Assembly (NCBI GenBank): GCA_043228905.1
Contig: JBHGNT010000018.1
Coordinates: 13,144,001-13,208,000 of the forward strand
Source: Azolla caroliniana
Lineage: Eukaryota; Plantae; Polypodiophyta
DNA: 64,000 bases
Reading direction: 5' to 3'
Shown: positions 38,364-51,640 of the stretch, piece after piece
Layout of the letters: the number at the start of each line of letters is the position of its first letter
Numbering within the stretch: position 1 is the first letter of the stretch
Notes under the pieces: generated by a model
The model's database searches: none
Seen by the model: only the letters and a program-made list of their open reading frames with translations
Told to the model about the DNA's origin: nothing
Translations under genes and position numbers: made by a program

Positions 38364-38404
<41 letters not shown>

Positions 38405-41400
38405 TTCTATTTCTCTTTCTTCTCTCTCTCTTCTTTTCCAACATGGTATCAGAGCCAAATGACCTAATAGCCTTATAGCCTATGCCTTTCTAAAATTACA
38501 AAATATGTGCCCTTACCATAATTTAACTTTCATGCACATACAAAAATAATTATATTCATAGTGTTCAAGATCGTCAAATAACAAACGACAATTTTGTGTT
38601 TGTCGTGCGTTGATCCGGACAACCCTTTGCAATAATGGCACAATCTATGTCGTCGTCGCAACTCAACATGCAAAAATTCACGATCGAGAAATTATCAAAC
38701 ACAAATTATCGAATTTGGAAGGCAAGATTAGAATTACTTTTTAAATATAATAAAGTATGGGACATAATTTTAGGATCGTCGACAAAACCTGAAAAAGGCG
38801 AAGAACTTGAAGAATGAAGAAAAAGACTTGTGTGCAAGAATGGAAATTCTAATGCACGTAAGTGATGGCACTGGAGAAACATTGCGAAAAATGGAGACGG
38901 CTCATGAAATGTGGAAACACTTACAAACTATCTACGAGCCGAAAAACGATGCCCAACAAGCGCATACACTTCAAGCGCTTGTTAATTACAAAATGAATGA
39001 TGAACAACCGGTTGGTGAATTTCTATTAATATGGCAAAAGAAATTAGATGATGTGTTAACTTCTGGATTAGAAATCCATGATAAATTACAAAAGATTCTC
39101 CTTCTTGGTGCTCTTCCTCACTCGTGGTTCACTTTTAGAACCACCCAAAACTCTATAAATTGTCCAACGCTAATTGATCTTCTTGCAAACATTAGACAGG
39201 AGGAAACAATGCGTTCACAAAGGTCTTCAAATTCAACTCCAAGTGTGGCAATGGTAGCATACAAGAACAAAAGGTTCACCCAAAGAGGAGAAAGCTCAAA
39301 GCCGTGGATAAAGAAAGATTAAAACACAAAACAAGGAGGAATGTGGTTCAACAATACCCATTGTAAAATATGCAAACGTACAAATCATGCAACCAAAGAT
39401 TGTCATGCAAAGTCAAATTTCAAGAGTTATCAACCATGGAAGCGTGTACAAGCCCATCTTGTTGAAGAAGAGATGGATGATGAAAAAGTCATAGGAGATG
39501 GATATCAAAATGGCGACAAGTATGATGACATCTTTCAAGCATTCATTGCTGAATCACTTTCAGCGACAATTCCAAACCCAAGTAATGTAAATGACATATG
39601 GTATCTCGACACTGGTGCTACTAACCACTTAACTAATAGAAAAGATTGGTTATGTAACTATAAGGATGTTGAACCTCCTATCATTGTAAGATTTGGAAAT
39701 AATGGGACTAAACAAGCTATTGGCAAGGGTGATATTACGTTTGAAGTCACAGGAGGAAGACATTTCACAATCAATGAAGTTCTCTATGTCTCGGGCATCA
39801 CCAAACATTTGCTATCGGTTAGTCAAGCAACAACAAATGGTACTATCATTGAATTTCATCCTAACCATGCTATTATTAAACATAAAGCCTCAAATGGAGA
39901 ACTTATTAGAACATGTTGTAAATGAGAAAGAGGCTTATATCCCATAAAATGTATTCCAACATCTCTTATTTTAGAAGCACATCATACTACCCCAATACAA
40001 TCCTCCATATCTTTAACCAATCTTCATTCTCCTTCTTCTCTTTGGCACTTTCGTCTAGGTCATATGCATTTCAATGCTCTAAAAACACTACAATGTAATA
40101 ATCTAGTCCATGGTTTGCCAAAAGAACATTTCAAGCCCATCTCTTTGTGTGAAAGTTGTATCCTTGGGAAAATGCCCCAACAACCATTCCCAAAGCATAG
40201 ATCTAGAGCCACTACCCCTCTTGCATTAGTACATAGTGATCTATGTGGACCTTTTCCAACCCCTTCTCTTAGTGGAGCCAAATATTTCATTAGCTTTGTA
40301 GATGACTTTAGTCGATTTACAATCTTGCATTTTCTCAAGTACAAAAGTCAAGCTTATCAAGCATTCAAAGAATACAAGGCTCGAGTCGAAGTGCAAACAT
40401 CATCAAAGATTAAAAGTGACCGATGGTGGTGGTGAGTATATGTCTCATGAATTTCAAAGTTTATATCAAAATGAAGGCATACATCATAGAATATCAACAC
40501 CACACACACCACAACAAAATGATGTATCCGAAAGGAAGAATAGATCACTTCTCAATATGGCTCGAAGTATGTTACAATTTGCTCACTTATCACCTCAATT
40601 TTGGGAGGAAGCGGTTGGCACCGCTTGCTATATTCAAAATCGAGGATTTCATAGATCCTTGGGGCTCCAAACCCCTTATGAACTATGGCATGGTCACAAA
40701 CCTAACTTAAGTAACCTTCGTATTTTTGGTTGTGATGCTTATGCTTTTGTGCCAAATGTTCAAAGAAATAAGCTAGATCCAAGGGCTACAAAATCAACTT
40801 TCATTGGATATGGAGAAGCTTCGGGATACAAGGCATACAAGCTCTACGATCCACAAAAACGAAGAATATTCTTTAGCTGTAATGTGATATTCCAAGAAAA
40901 TGGGCCTTCTACAAAGGTTTCTTCTTCACTCTCTTCTAATCTACCTCCCTTATTACCTACCCCTACCCACTTACACCATCTTCCTCAATCACCTCTAATA
41001 TTAATAGCTCTCATATTGAAGGAGCCAACATTAGCTCATCCTCTACTTCCACTATTTGTGTTGCTCTTCCATCTATTCACAAGGCAAAGATCAATCCTAC
41101 TCAACCAACTAATTCTTCTTCTCATCTTCCCTCATTCCAAGCTCTAGATGATTCTCTTCCTCATACTCCTTTAAATACACATTGTTTAACTCCCTCAAAC
41201 AATATAAATAATGTTATCTTCTCCACTCCCTCTCCTAATCCTTCATTCCAAGCGTCATCACCAACTTCTCCACCAAACTCTCCACCTCCAAAGTATAGAT
41301 CTCTAAGTAGTATTTACGAACAACTTGATCAAATGGAAGCACATTTCGTGGACTTGGACCATGAAACTTATATACAAGAAGAAGATATTCCAACCCTTAG

Positions 41401-43295
41401 TGATGACACAAATTTATCGGCCAAAGATGCACTTTCCGGATCGGATTCTATCAAATGGAGAAAAGCTATGGAAGAAGAAATGAAGGCTTTACTTAAAAAT
41501 GGTACGTGGACCCTCGTTGAGCCTCCAAAAGATCGACAAATAATTGGTTCTAAATGGGTCTTACGCATAAAGTGAGATAGTAATGGCAATCCAATTCGCT
41601 TCAAGGCTCGTGTAGTTGCTCAAGGATTTTCTCAAGTACCAGGTATTGATTTTCAAGATACATTTAGTCCAACGCTAAAAATATGTGGTTTTCGAATGCT
41701 CGTTGCTCTTGCCACGCAACATGATCTAGAGTTGCATCACTTGGATGTACAAATGACTTTTCTTCATGGAGATTTAGATGAAGAACTTTATCTACAACAA
41801 CCACAATTTTTGAAGATCCAAGTCATCCGACACATGTTTGTCGACTTCGTAAATCTATTTACGGTCTTAAGCAATCTCCACGCATATGGTATCACAAACT
41901 ACACTCTTTTCTTATAAAAGTTGGATATCATCGTCTAAACAATGAGCCAAATATCTATGTTAGAAAAGCCAAATCCAATTTTGTTATCATAGATGTCTAT
42001 GTTGATGATTTGCCCTTGATCTCTAAATCTAAATCTTATCTAACTATTGCAAATAAGGAACTTGCATATGTCTTTCCTATTAGCGATTTAGGCCCTATGA
42101 CCCATTTTCTAGGCATCAAAGTAACTCAAAATAGAACAAATCATACTATCTCATTATCACAATCAAATTATATTAATTCTATCCTCCAAAGATTTGATAG
42201 GCTCCATAGTAAGCCTATTAGTATTCCTCTTACCTCTCCATGTAAACTTTCAAATGATGATTCTCCCAAAAATGAACGAGAAATTTTCGAAATGAAGGAT
42301 GTACCCTATAAACAAATCCTTGGGTGTATACGATATCTAGTAAGTTGCACACGTCCCGATATTTGCTTTGCCTCTGGTTTTCTTTCTCGTTTCATGGCTA
42401 ATCCAGGACCAAAGCATTGGATTGTGCTCAAAAGATTACTACGCTACTTGAATCATACTCAACATTATGCGTTGACTTACTCCGCCACACAATCTGAGTC
42501 AACCACACTTGTGCAAGGATAGACAAATCCTCTAGCCAACTAATTGGTTGGTTAGACTCGGATTGGGGGGGGAGATGTGAACGATCGCAAGTCAATAGGT
42601 GGATATGTTTACACACTAGCTGGCACTGCAATTTCATGGAAGTCGAAGAAACAAACTACCGTAGCATTGTCATCCAGCAAAGCTGAATATTTTGTCGCGG
42701 CTTTAGCGGCTAAAGAAGGCCTATGGATTAAAGCTATGCTCAAAGAATTTAAAATATTTACTATTCCAACAGTGAATTTGTTTTGCAATAATCAATCTTG
42801 CATCAAGTTAGCCAACAATCCAAAGATGAGTGGCAATATACATCATGTGGACTTAAAACATCATTTTCTTCGCGATCTCATTGAAACAAAGAAGATAGAG
42901 TTAAAGTTTGCTCCCACTCATCAAATGTGGGCTAATTTTCTAACAAAACCTCTTCAACATTCTAAGCACATTATTTGTTGCAAGCAAGTTGGATTAATTT
43001 ATGTAATCGAAGATAAAGATGAAAACTTACACTTCTAGAAATTTTTGCTTAGGGGGGAGTGTGGAAAATATTAAGCAAAAATATTAATATATTAATATAT
43101 ATATAAATAGTTAGTAGTTCTTATGAATACGGTTTCCTTCATGAGACCGTAAGTGTATTGTTGGTGGTCTATAAAAAGGCACCAACCAATGTTGTAACTA
43201 TTAGGGCATTATATTAATAGAATACGTTCTTTGTTTCCCTCATCTCTCTCTCTCTCTCCTTTTTATTTCTCTTTCTTCTCTCTCCTTTCCCAACA
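38176..43295 (+). mobile_element. Ty1/Copia element with short LTRs; degenerate gag-pol at 38635-43038
   Basis: LTRs at 38176-38443 and 43060-43295; PBS tggtatcagagcc 38444-38456; PPT aggggggag 43051-43059; WYLDTGATNH, VHSDLCGPF and YVDD motifs; probable TSD GACCC, eroded on the right. Confidence 0.95.
38364..38402. repeat. (CT)n microsatellite in the Copia 5' LTR, shorter in the 3' LTR
   Basis: Direct reading of the sequence. Confidence 0.95.
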
Positions 43296-46200
43296 CCCAA
43301 GCCGTCACTTGCCCGTTCTCCGAGACGTATTCTCTTGCGTCTTTGCAAGGGTTGCTTGTCTTCCTCGGCTGTGTCTTTTTCTTGTGCAGTATCTTGGTGG
43401 CCGTCGTCTATTGGTCGTATTTGCATCGAGTCCTTCTGCTTCAACTTAATTATATGTGTCTTCATCAGTTTCGATACTGCTCCCCTCATTACGACTGGGG
43501 GTGATCCTACTTCTAGAGATCCCTCCCCTTGCCAATTGGTTGCTTGTCGGGCCATGATCTGTTGCTGTTTTGACTATTGCGGCGTTACCTCTGCCCTCTT
43601 CTTCCTTTTTGCTTTAATGGTCAGTGCTAATATTGTCAGCCACTAGGGTATTGCCAGCCATACCTTCTTGTTGTTCGTGACTGCCGCAATTGCTATTAGT
43701 AGTGCATCTACCGTGATAACGCTCCAATCCACCTTCAACCCTTCATAGGTGGCAATGATGAATCTGGCTCTATTCTTTGGCATGGGTGCACAAACCTGTA
43801 TTCCAATAGCAACTTTGCGACTTCCTTAAATAAAGGTACATCGGAACCACCCTGTGTTCGGTAAGCCTTGTTCGCAATGGAAAAGTCTCTGAAGTATTCG
43901 ACCAAAATGTCGGTTTCAAGGTTCTCAATGAACCACAAATCTCCAGTTTGGAGTTCTATGGCCGTCTGCACTATGGCTCCGGAGATTCCATCCACATCGT
44001 TTTTCTTCGCTATTTCCTCCAGTTCTGAGTGTGGTGGAGCTTCTACTACCCGAATAAACCCTTCTAGGCCGTGCTTCTGCAACCACTCTTTCAATTTTGT
44101 TGACAACTCCATAGGTCCCGTGTCTGGCTCGTGTGTGTTGGTGCTGATCTGATCTTCCGGTCCGATGTGTGTACTCCTATTCTCTCTTTTGTTGTGTGCT
44201 CCTATGAATTTTCTATCTCTGAATGAGACACCTTCGTTGATTTTGGGTTTTTCTATTCCCATCGATATGTCTCTTCTTGTCCATGCGTCACCGCATCCTT
44301 TTTTTCCTCGATTGACATGCTCACTATCGTCCCTATACATCGTGACTATTTATGAAGTCATCACGACGTTTTGTGGCTAATTATGGGACCATCATGACAT
44401 TACGTGGGCAACTTCTGCCGAATTCCGATTGCTTTCGGATACGGTTCGTTTCCCTACGACTACCGTATTTCGGTTTATTTCCTCATTATTCTCCTTGCTA
44501 TTTGTCACCTTTTTTTGGTTTTCCTTCTTGTGTTCTTTAAACAGGTCGACCGACATTGACCCCCTATATGGTTTGAGCCGGAATCCATTTACCCATTGCT
44601 CCAAAATGTCTCTAGCCAATGTCCCTAGATGAAAGGTTCCATTGAACTCATCTATAATCCAGTAGGGTCCAGTCCACCAGAACCTTGATTTTCCCAGCAT
44701 TGGCCCCATCCGAGTCTGGAATACCAAAACAACCTTGCCAATTCCGAATTGTTTTTCATTCCCCTTCTGGTGTCTATCCACGAATTGTTGGCCGGTTAGG
44801 CCAAATTATGAAAGGGGAGTCGGTTTTGGCAGTTGTAATTAGATAAATTATGATAATTATAAGATCGAACGGATGGACCCGGAATTGGTATGCCGATCCG
44901 GATGTGGGCCGGTTTGTAGCCGGTTGCCGGTTGGCACCGGTTTGTAGCACAACTGGATACCTATAAAAGGATCCAGAGATGACGTAATTGATAACGGATA
45001 ATTAATAGAGAGATGATGTGTCTTTACGTATTGTGTATCTTGTTAATACCGTTCTGTGCTTAATGTGATTATCATACGCGTGTATCAAGTTAATCATTCC
45101 GGATAGTGACCGGGAAGGATCGGTCCTGTATTACGGTCTGCACATTCCTTACCGTACCACCCCTTTGGTTAAGTGTTCTAAAGGGACACCCTGTGTTAGC
45201 GGCTTGTCCAGCCCGGTGAAAACACAGTTTTGGCGACCACGATTCCTGCAAAAACTGCAGTGAACAACGGGGGAATGGATGAATAGACTAACAAACGACA
45301 CAGTAGCCGAGCGAGCGAGAAGACTTGTCATGAGACTACAGAAGCGGTAGGCTTACCAGCAGGCAATGGAAGAGATCTGGTTGGATCGGTCTTTTTCCAG
45401 AGTGATTCGGCAGGTCGCTGAGGAGTCACTCCGATTGCAACAAAACCACCACCCGGACGAAGGAAGTAGTATGAGCAGTCTGAAGGAAGCGTAGTCCATT
45501 CTGCAAACACTTGCCACAAGAGAAGACGGTTCAGAAGCGTTGTTAGCCATCGAATTGGATTCGGACGACGAACACAACGTCCAATTGAATTATCGTAGTA
45601 GCCACATATCGACCCCAGACGACCCGGAAGACGACGAATTGGACCACATATCGACATCGGAGCCGACAACAACGAAACCGGAAGCTCCAGACAAAACGAC
45701 CGGCACGGAACACCAAGAGGAGGAATGAGTTCCAACACCACAACCCGAGCCACCGACGGAACAGGAGGACCGAGTTCCGACACCGGCCCCAACACCACAA
45801 GAAGAAGACGATACAATGTCGTACCAATATCCGAAGTTTCGGGATGACTCAGATGCGGAAGCCCATGTATACGTGTTTCTCCAAACTTGGGAGGTGAATC
45901 ATGTATCCCAACGACTACACGATGCAGAGGTAGAATGATCAAAAATTCTGAAATTCGGCATGAATTTGGAGGGGCCCGCGGCACATTGGCACTCCAAGCA
46001 CCTTCCCGGCAGCATCGCCACATTTGAGGATTTAAAGACTAGATTTCTACGCTTCTTCCACAAACATGTGGATCAAAGAGAGATTGTTGGCCAATTTTAT
46101 ACGACACGACGGGACTCGTCTGAAACCATTTAGCAGTTTGTTATCCGGTTCCAGACGATGCATAGTCAACTCACTAGAGCACCGCCAGAAGCTGAAGCGA

Positions 46201-48014
46201 AAGCGGTATTTTTGGTAGCGCTCCGGTATTCTCCGAACCGTGTGTGCGGTCAGAGATTTTCAGACCTGGACAATAGATCAGGTAATTGATCGGGTCATGG
46301 AAATGGACAAAACGAGTTCCTGGTTGATGATGGGAGCACTTCAAAGAACACTCCCCACCGAAGAGGACCTACGCTTTCACTAGGTGGTCCAATGCACGAC
46401 GTGCCTTAACCTCGGGCACTCAACAATAGAGTGCACAAAGAGATTGCAATGGATGTTATGCCATTCTTGGTCACATACAATGAACCGCTGCGAGTACACC
46501 CTACTGAATCGACAAGCTGCACTAGTTCGGCACATCGAGATCCGGAATGATCGGGAGGACAAAGAAGAACGATTTCGGCGAGACGATCGCTACCGACCGG
46601 TACAAGATGTCCAATCTAGTGACTGACATGACAATTATGACTAGGACAAGAGCGAGAGAAGCCGCAACTATAATGGTGATCGTTATAATCGAGATTACTC
46701 CCCCGACTATGATTGGAGAAGAGAGGATCAACGGGAAGACTATGAAGACCGGCGCCGGCAAGGATACCAAAACAACCGACGCTATAATAAAAAACGGAAC
46801 GCTCAGAAAGAGGATCGTCGGGAACCGACAAAGGATTACCAATGAGAGCCGGACAGAAGCATAATTAGTGCTCAAACGGAACAACGAAGACTAGAGGAGC
46901 CTAACCGGATAGTATCTGGGTGTCAACCGGGTAACATGCAAAAAGCAAAGTCTAGCAATAAATGGAAGGCGTATTGCGACTATTGCCGTGAGCAGGGACA
47001 CTACAACAACCAATGTTCGTTAAAGAGTCACGACAAACGACTGGTAGTCAACATGGTGGTCGCGGAAGGGGTGGACATGTAGCAAGTCACCACTAGATCG
47101 AAGGGAAAGATGGTTGAATGGGAGGCTGAGGAAGCTATCCGCATACAAACTATGCAGTGGATCGAAAAGGCAAATGAATAGAATGTCACTGAACTGAAGG
47201 AGCAAAGGAACGCATGGAGGAACCTACAGAGACGACACAGTAGGATAACCCCACCTTGCGGGCATTCCGGGAATGCCAGATCATGCTACCACTGGGTCGG
47301 TTACTGCAATTGGTGCCCCGATTCACCGATGGGTTAAAATCAACATGGGCACCACCAAGCCCCACACCGACTCTGGCGTTCTTTTCAAATCCGGAGGAAG
47401 GGTCGGCAATGGTCGATATCAGTAATCCCGCAATCACCACCATTATCAAAGGACGGGAAGTCTCAAGGACGATTGTCGATGGCGGATCGGGAGTAAACAT
47501 AATTAGCCTCCGAACATGCAACACTCTTGGAATCCAAGAATGGGAACCATGCCTGTTCTGGCTTCGGATGGCGGACACCAGCTCAATACGACCGACCAGA
47601 TTGATTCGGGATTTGGAGGTAACAATCGGAGTCCATGCCTTCCGGATTTCTGTCGTCATCCTCTAGTTGAATGCGTAGGGAGCATACTCACTGTTGCAGG
47701 GACGACCATGGTTACGGTCCACCCACATCAAACAGAACTAGCAGAAGAACAACATTACGTTTCGAAGGAGGAAAACTAAGGTAAGAGTACCCACGCACCC
47801 TCAAGCGGGCCCAGGCAAGGAAGTAACATCGTTATATGCCGAAAATGTGAATATGCTGGAAGGGCTTGACGATGAGGAGGTCGATCGCTACCTTGATGAA
47901 AACCCAGGGATAGTCCCTCTGTTCAAAGTAGACGTAGCAGAGGCGGTGTCCCCATATATTGGGCAACCAGAGGAGGAGAAATCGGCAATGATCACATTAT
48001 TCAAAGAATTCTGG

Positions 48015-48990
48015 TGTCGTGAAAACATGCGGTCATATGAAGACATGCGGTGTCGTGAAAATCCGTCACTACGTGCGGATCGTGAGGCGGAACCATTGGG
48101 GTCCTAGACCGGAAGGATTCGAAGTTTGCACTAGCTTTAGTAAGAAAGTATTTAAGATAGATTGAGAGAGATTGATATGGCGAGAGGGAGATGTTGAGAT
48201 AAAGATTGAACTTTTAACTTTAGATTTAAGAGAGAAGATACATCAACAATAGGATTACAAGTTTCTTATTTTTCCCAATTTTTTCATTATTCCCATTTGC
48301 TTGATTCCTCCACTCTTTTATAGATGCCCCCATGCATATGGTGCATGTGAGGTTGCAAGACATGCACGTAATGCATGAAATGCATGCTTGCCATGTCATC
48401 ATCTAAGCTCTAATGTATGAGAATTTAGATGTAAAAGTATAATGATAAAAATATAGTTCTTTATAAGGAAATGATTTAGCTTAGTGGTAAGTATATTGCT
48501 TCTTATCTTGGGGGTGCAAGGTTCAAGCCTTGCTCACATCCCTTTTAAAACACAAAAATACTACTAGGCTTTTGGTCTTGTATTTACACTGAAAATCTTC
48601 AAAACATCGTGCATCGCGATCAACCGACCGATTGTTTTGTCCCGACTGGTTCAATCCGATCCCAATCCGATCTTGTCCGTCGCCGGCTCCGTCCGATCAC
48701 TGTCGCCTTGCCGTTTCCGATCGGTTCCGGTTAGCCAAAACCTTTATAAGTAGTTAGGCCACACCCATTCATCCGGTTAGTTTAGCTCAAGTCACCTTGA
48801 ACATTCTATGATCCACTCATAGACACAAAGTAATAGATTTTGGCCCTGTTTATATACTCTGGGATCCTTATTTGTCATGTCTACGTGAGATATCTCGTAG
48901 TTTTTTTTTTCTCTTCTTCTTCGCAAACTTCATACCCACATAACTTGCCACTTAGTTGTTCGTTTTTTATGTGGTAAAGTGTATTCGAAA
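48015..48990. mobile_element. Nested LTR fragments of the TGTCGTG group (starts at 48015 and 48051); right ends lost
   Basis: Two tgtcgtgaaaa starts; AT-rich LTR-like body; interrupts host pol between ..KEF and QHQIHL. Confidence 0.65.
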
Positions 48991-51640
48991 GCTCAACACC
49001 AAATTCATTTAAGCAATGATGCGAAACCAGTAGCGCAAAGACATTACCGGATGAATCCGAATTACGCGGCTAAAGTAAAAGAAGAGATCGACAAGTTGTT
49101 GCAGGTTGGGTTCATCCAGCTGGTTAAGAAGGCCGCCTAGCTAAGCCTAATCGTGGTGGTACCGAAGAAAAATGGAAAGATCCAGGTCTGTGTGGATTAC
49201 CAAAAATTGAATGCTGCCACTATCACTGATGCATTCCCACTCCCATTCACGGATGGAGTCTTGGATGCGGTAGCAGGCCACCAGGTGTATAACTTCCTCA
49301 ACAGATTCAGCAGGTATAACCAAATCAGGATGCAGCCAGAAGATCAAGAGAAAACAACGTTCGTCACCAAATGGGGAGTCTTTGTAGCGGTCGTGATGAT
49401 GTTCGGACTGAAGACGACACCAACAACATTCCAACGAATCATCATGGAAATTTTCGAGGAATTTATCCCAGCATTTATGCAGGTGTTCTTAGATGACTTT
49501 GCGGTGTACAACACGAAAGGAGAACATCTTGACCATCTCTGGTTATGCTTGGAGAAATGCAAAGGTTACCGGCTATGTCTGAACCCGGCGAAATGCGTAT
49601 TCAGGGTAACCAACGGCATGCTACTAGGCCCTATTGTAGTAAGGACGAGATTGCGGTGAACCCGGATAAAGTTAAAGCCAATTTGGAAGCACTGGCACCA
49701 ATAACCGGCAAAGCTTTGAGCCGTTTTTTAGGGCAAATCCCGTGGCATAGCCGGATGCTTCGATACTTGGCTGATCTTGCGACACCACTACACGCAGTTG
49801 TACACCGGACACCCTTCCAATGGATAGAACCAGAGGATAAGGCATACCATGCGCTCAAAATAATGTTGTCCCAGGCACCGGTTTCAAAATAAGCCTTGGG
49901 AATGATATACAACATAACGAAGTTCCGTCACTATTTGTTGGGGCGAAAATTCTCATTCCACGTAGATCATTCGTCTTTACTTTACTTGGTTTCCAAGGCA
50001 TCGCTAACCGGAAAACTAGCACAATGGACGCTGCTTCTACAAGATTTTGAATTCGAGATTTACCATAGTCCGGGAGTACAACATGCGGTCGCGGATTACT
50101 TGAGCTGGTTAGAATCTGGAGAGGCAAGCGACGATGTCAAAGACAACCTTCCGGATGCACAACTATTCAGGGTAACAATAGAGAATATGGTGGACGGGAC
50201 AGTGGCCGAGGAAGACAAATGGCTGACGAATATGCATCAATTTTTAAGCACCGGATTGCCTCCGGAAGAACTGAACCAGGATGAACGGAAGCGGTTGGCG
50301 GTACAAAGTCGACATTTTTGTTTACTGCAGGATACGTTGTACCACAAGGAAGCGGACAGTATATGGAGAAGAGTGGTTTGGAGTGACAAAAAGGAGACAA
50401 TTTTATGTGAAGCTCATTGTGGAGTCACCGGAGGATATTATGCGAGAGAAGCAATGGCAAAGAAGATATGGCGAAGCGGATTGTGGTGGCCTACAACAAT
50501 GAAGGACTCGATTTGGTATGCAAAGGAATGCGACTTATGTCAACGGATGGGCCAACCAACGGAACAAGCAAGGATGCCACACCAGCTGGTGTTACCACTG
50601 GAGCCGTTTCAAAAATGGGGATTGGACTTCGTCGGACCGTTCAAACCTCCGGCAATTTGGACCGGGAACTGGTATATCATTGTAGCAACAGACTACTGCA
50701 CCAAATGGGTGGAAGCAAAGGAATTTTGGGATAATACCATGGCCTCAACGGCCAAGTTCCTATACAAGTGCATTTGGTGCCGGTATGGATGCCCGATAGA
50801 ACTGATCAATGATCAAGGAGGACATTTTCTCGGTGAAGTAGTAGAGAGCTTGACGACGTTTTATGTAGTCGTACACAACACCATTCCGTTTAGCTTTCGG
50901 ATTAGAAGCGGTCATGCCGATAGAATTTCAAATTCCGAGTTTGCGGATTCAAGTACGGGAAAGGTTAAGTGAGAAGGAATCAGAGAAAATTCGACTAGCG
51001 ACATTGTGTGAATTAGAAGAACATCGGATAGCTAGCATTCTGTAGTTGGAACTCGAGCAACGATGCCAAAAAGCGTTCGTCGACCGGCACTGGAAAGGAA
51101 ACGAGAAAATGTTCGGAATCGGCAAGCCAGTGTTAGTATTTCAAACCCGGATGGGCAAAATGCTGGGAAAGTTATGGTTCCAGTGGACCGGACCGTACTG
51201 GATAACACGAGAGTTTAACGGCTCGTATCAGCTAGGTACGCTAGCCGGCGAGGTCGTGGAAAAATGGGTAAATGGTTTCTAACTAAAACCGTATTACGAA
51301 CCAATGCCATGGAACCCGTTTAAACAACCGGATGCCAAAGCAGAAACCAGGAACGACAAGCAGATAACCGGTAACTAGGAGGAGGAACATACAACGGATC
51401 CGGTGTTGTCGGATACAAGGGTTTAGAATACCACGCACGAAAAAGAAAAAAAGAAAAAAAAACCATCATGCAAGGGCGAGGAGTAAAGACGTGAAGTAAA
51501 GCCACCATGCAGGTGAAAAAATAAATAAATAAATGAATGTAGGCCATTAAAAAGTGAATGGACACCTCCAAACGGTGTGACGTAAGTCATTTAAAGCACA
51601 GCACGCGTCAGACAACCGCTATTAAAAGCACACGACGTGC

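Noticed and set aside
48477-48540. Genuine tRNA gene
   Set aside because: No convincing acceptor or anticodon stems; only A/B-box-like parts inside an LTR
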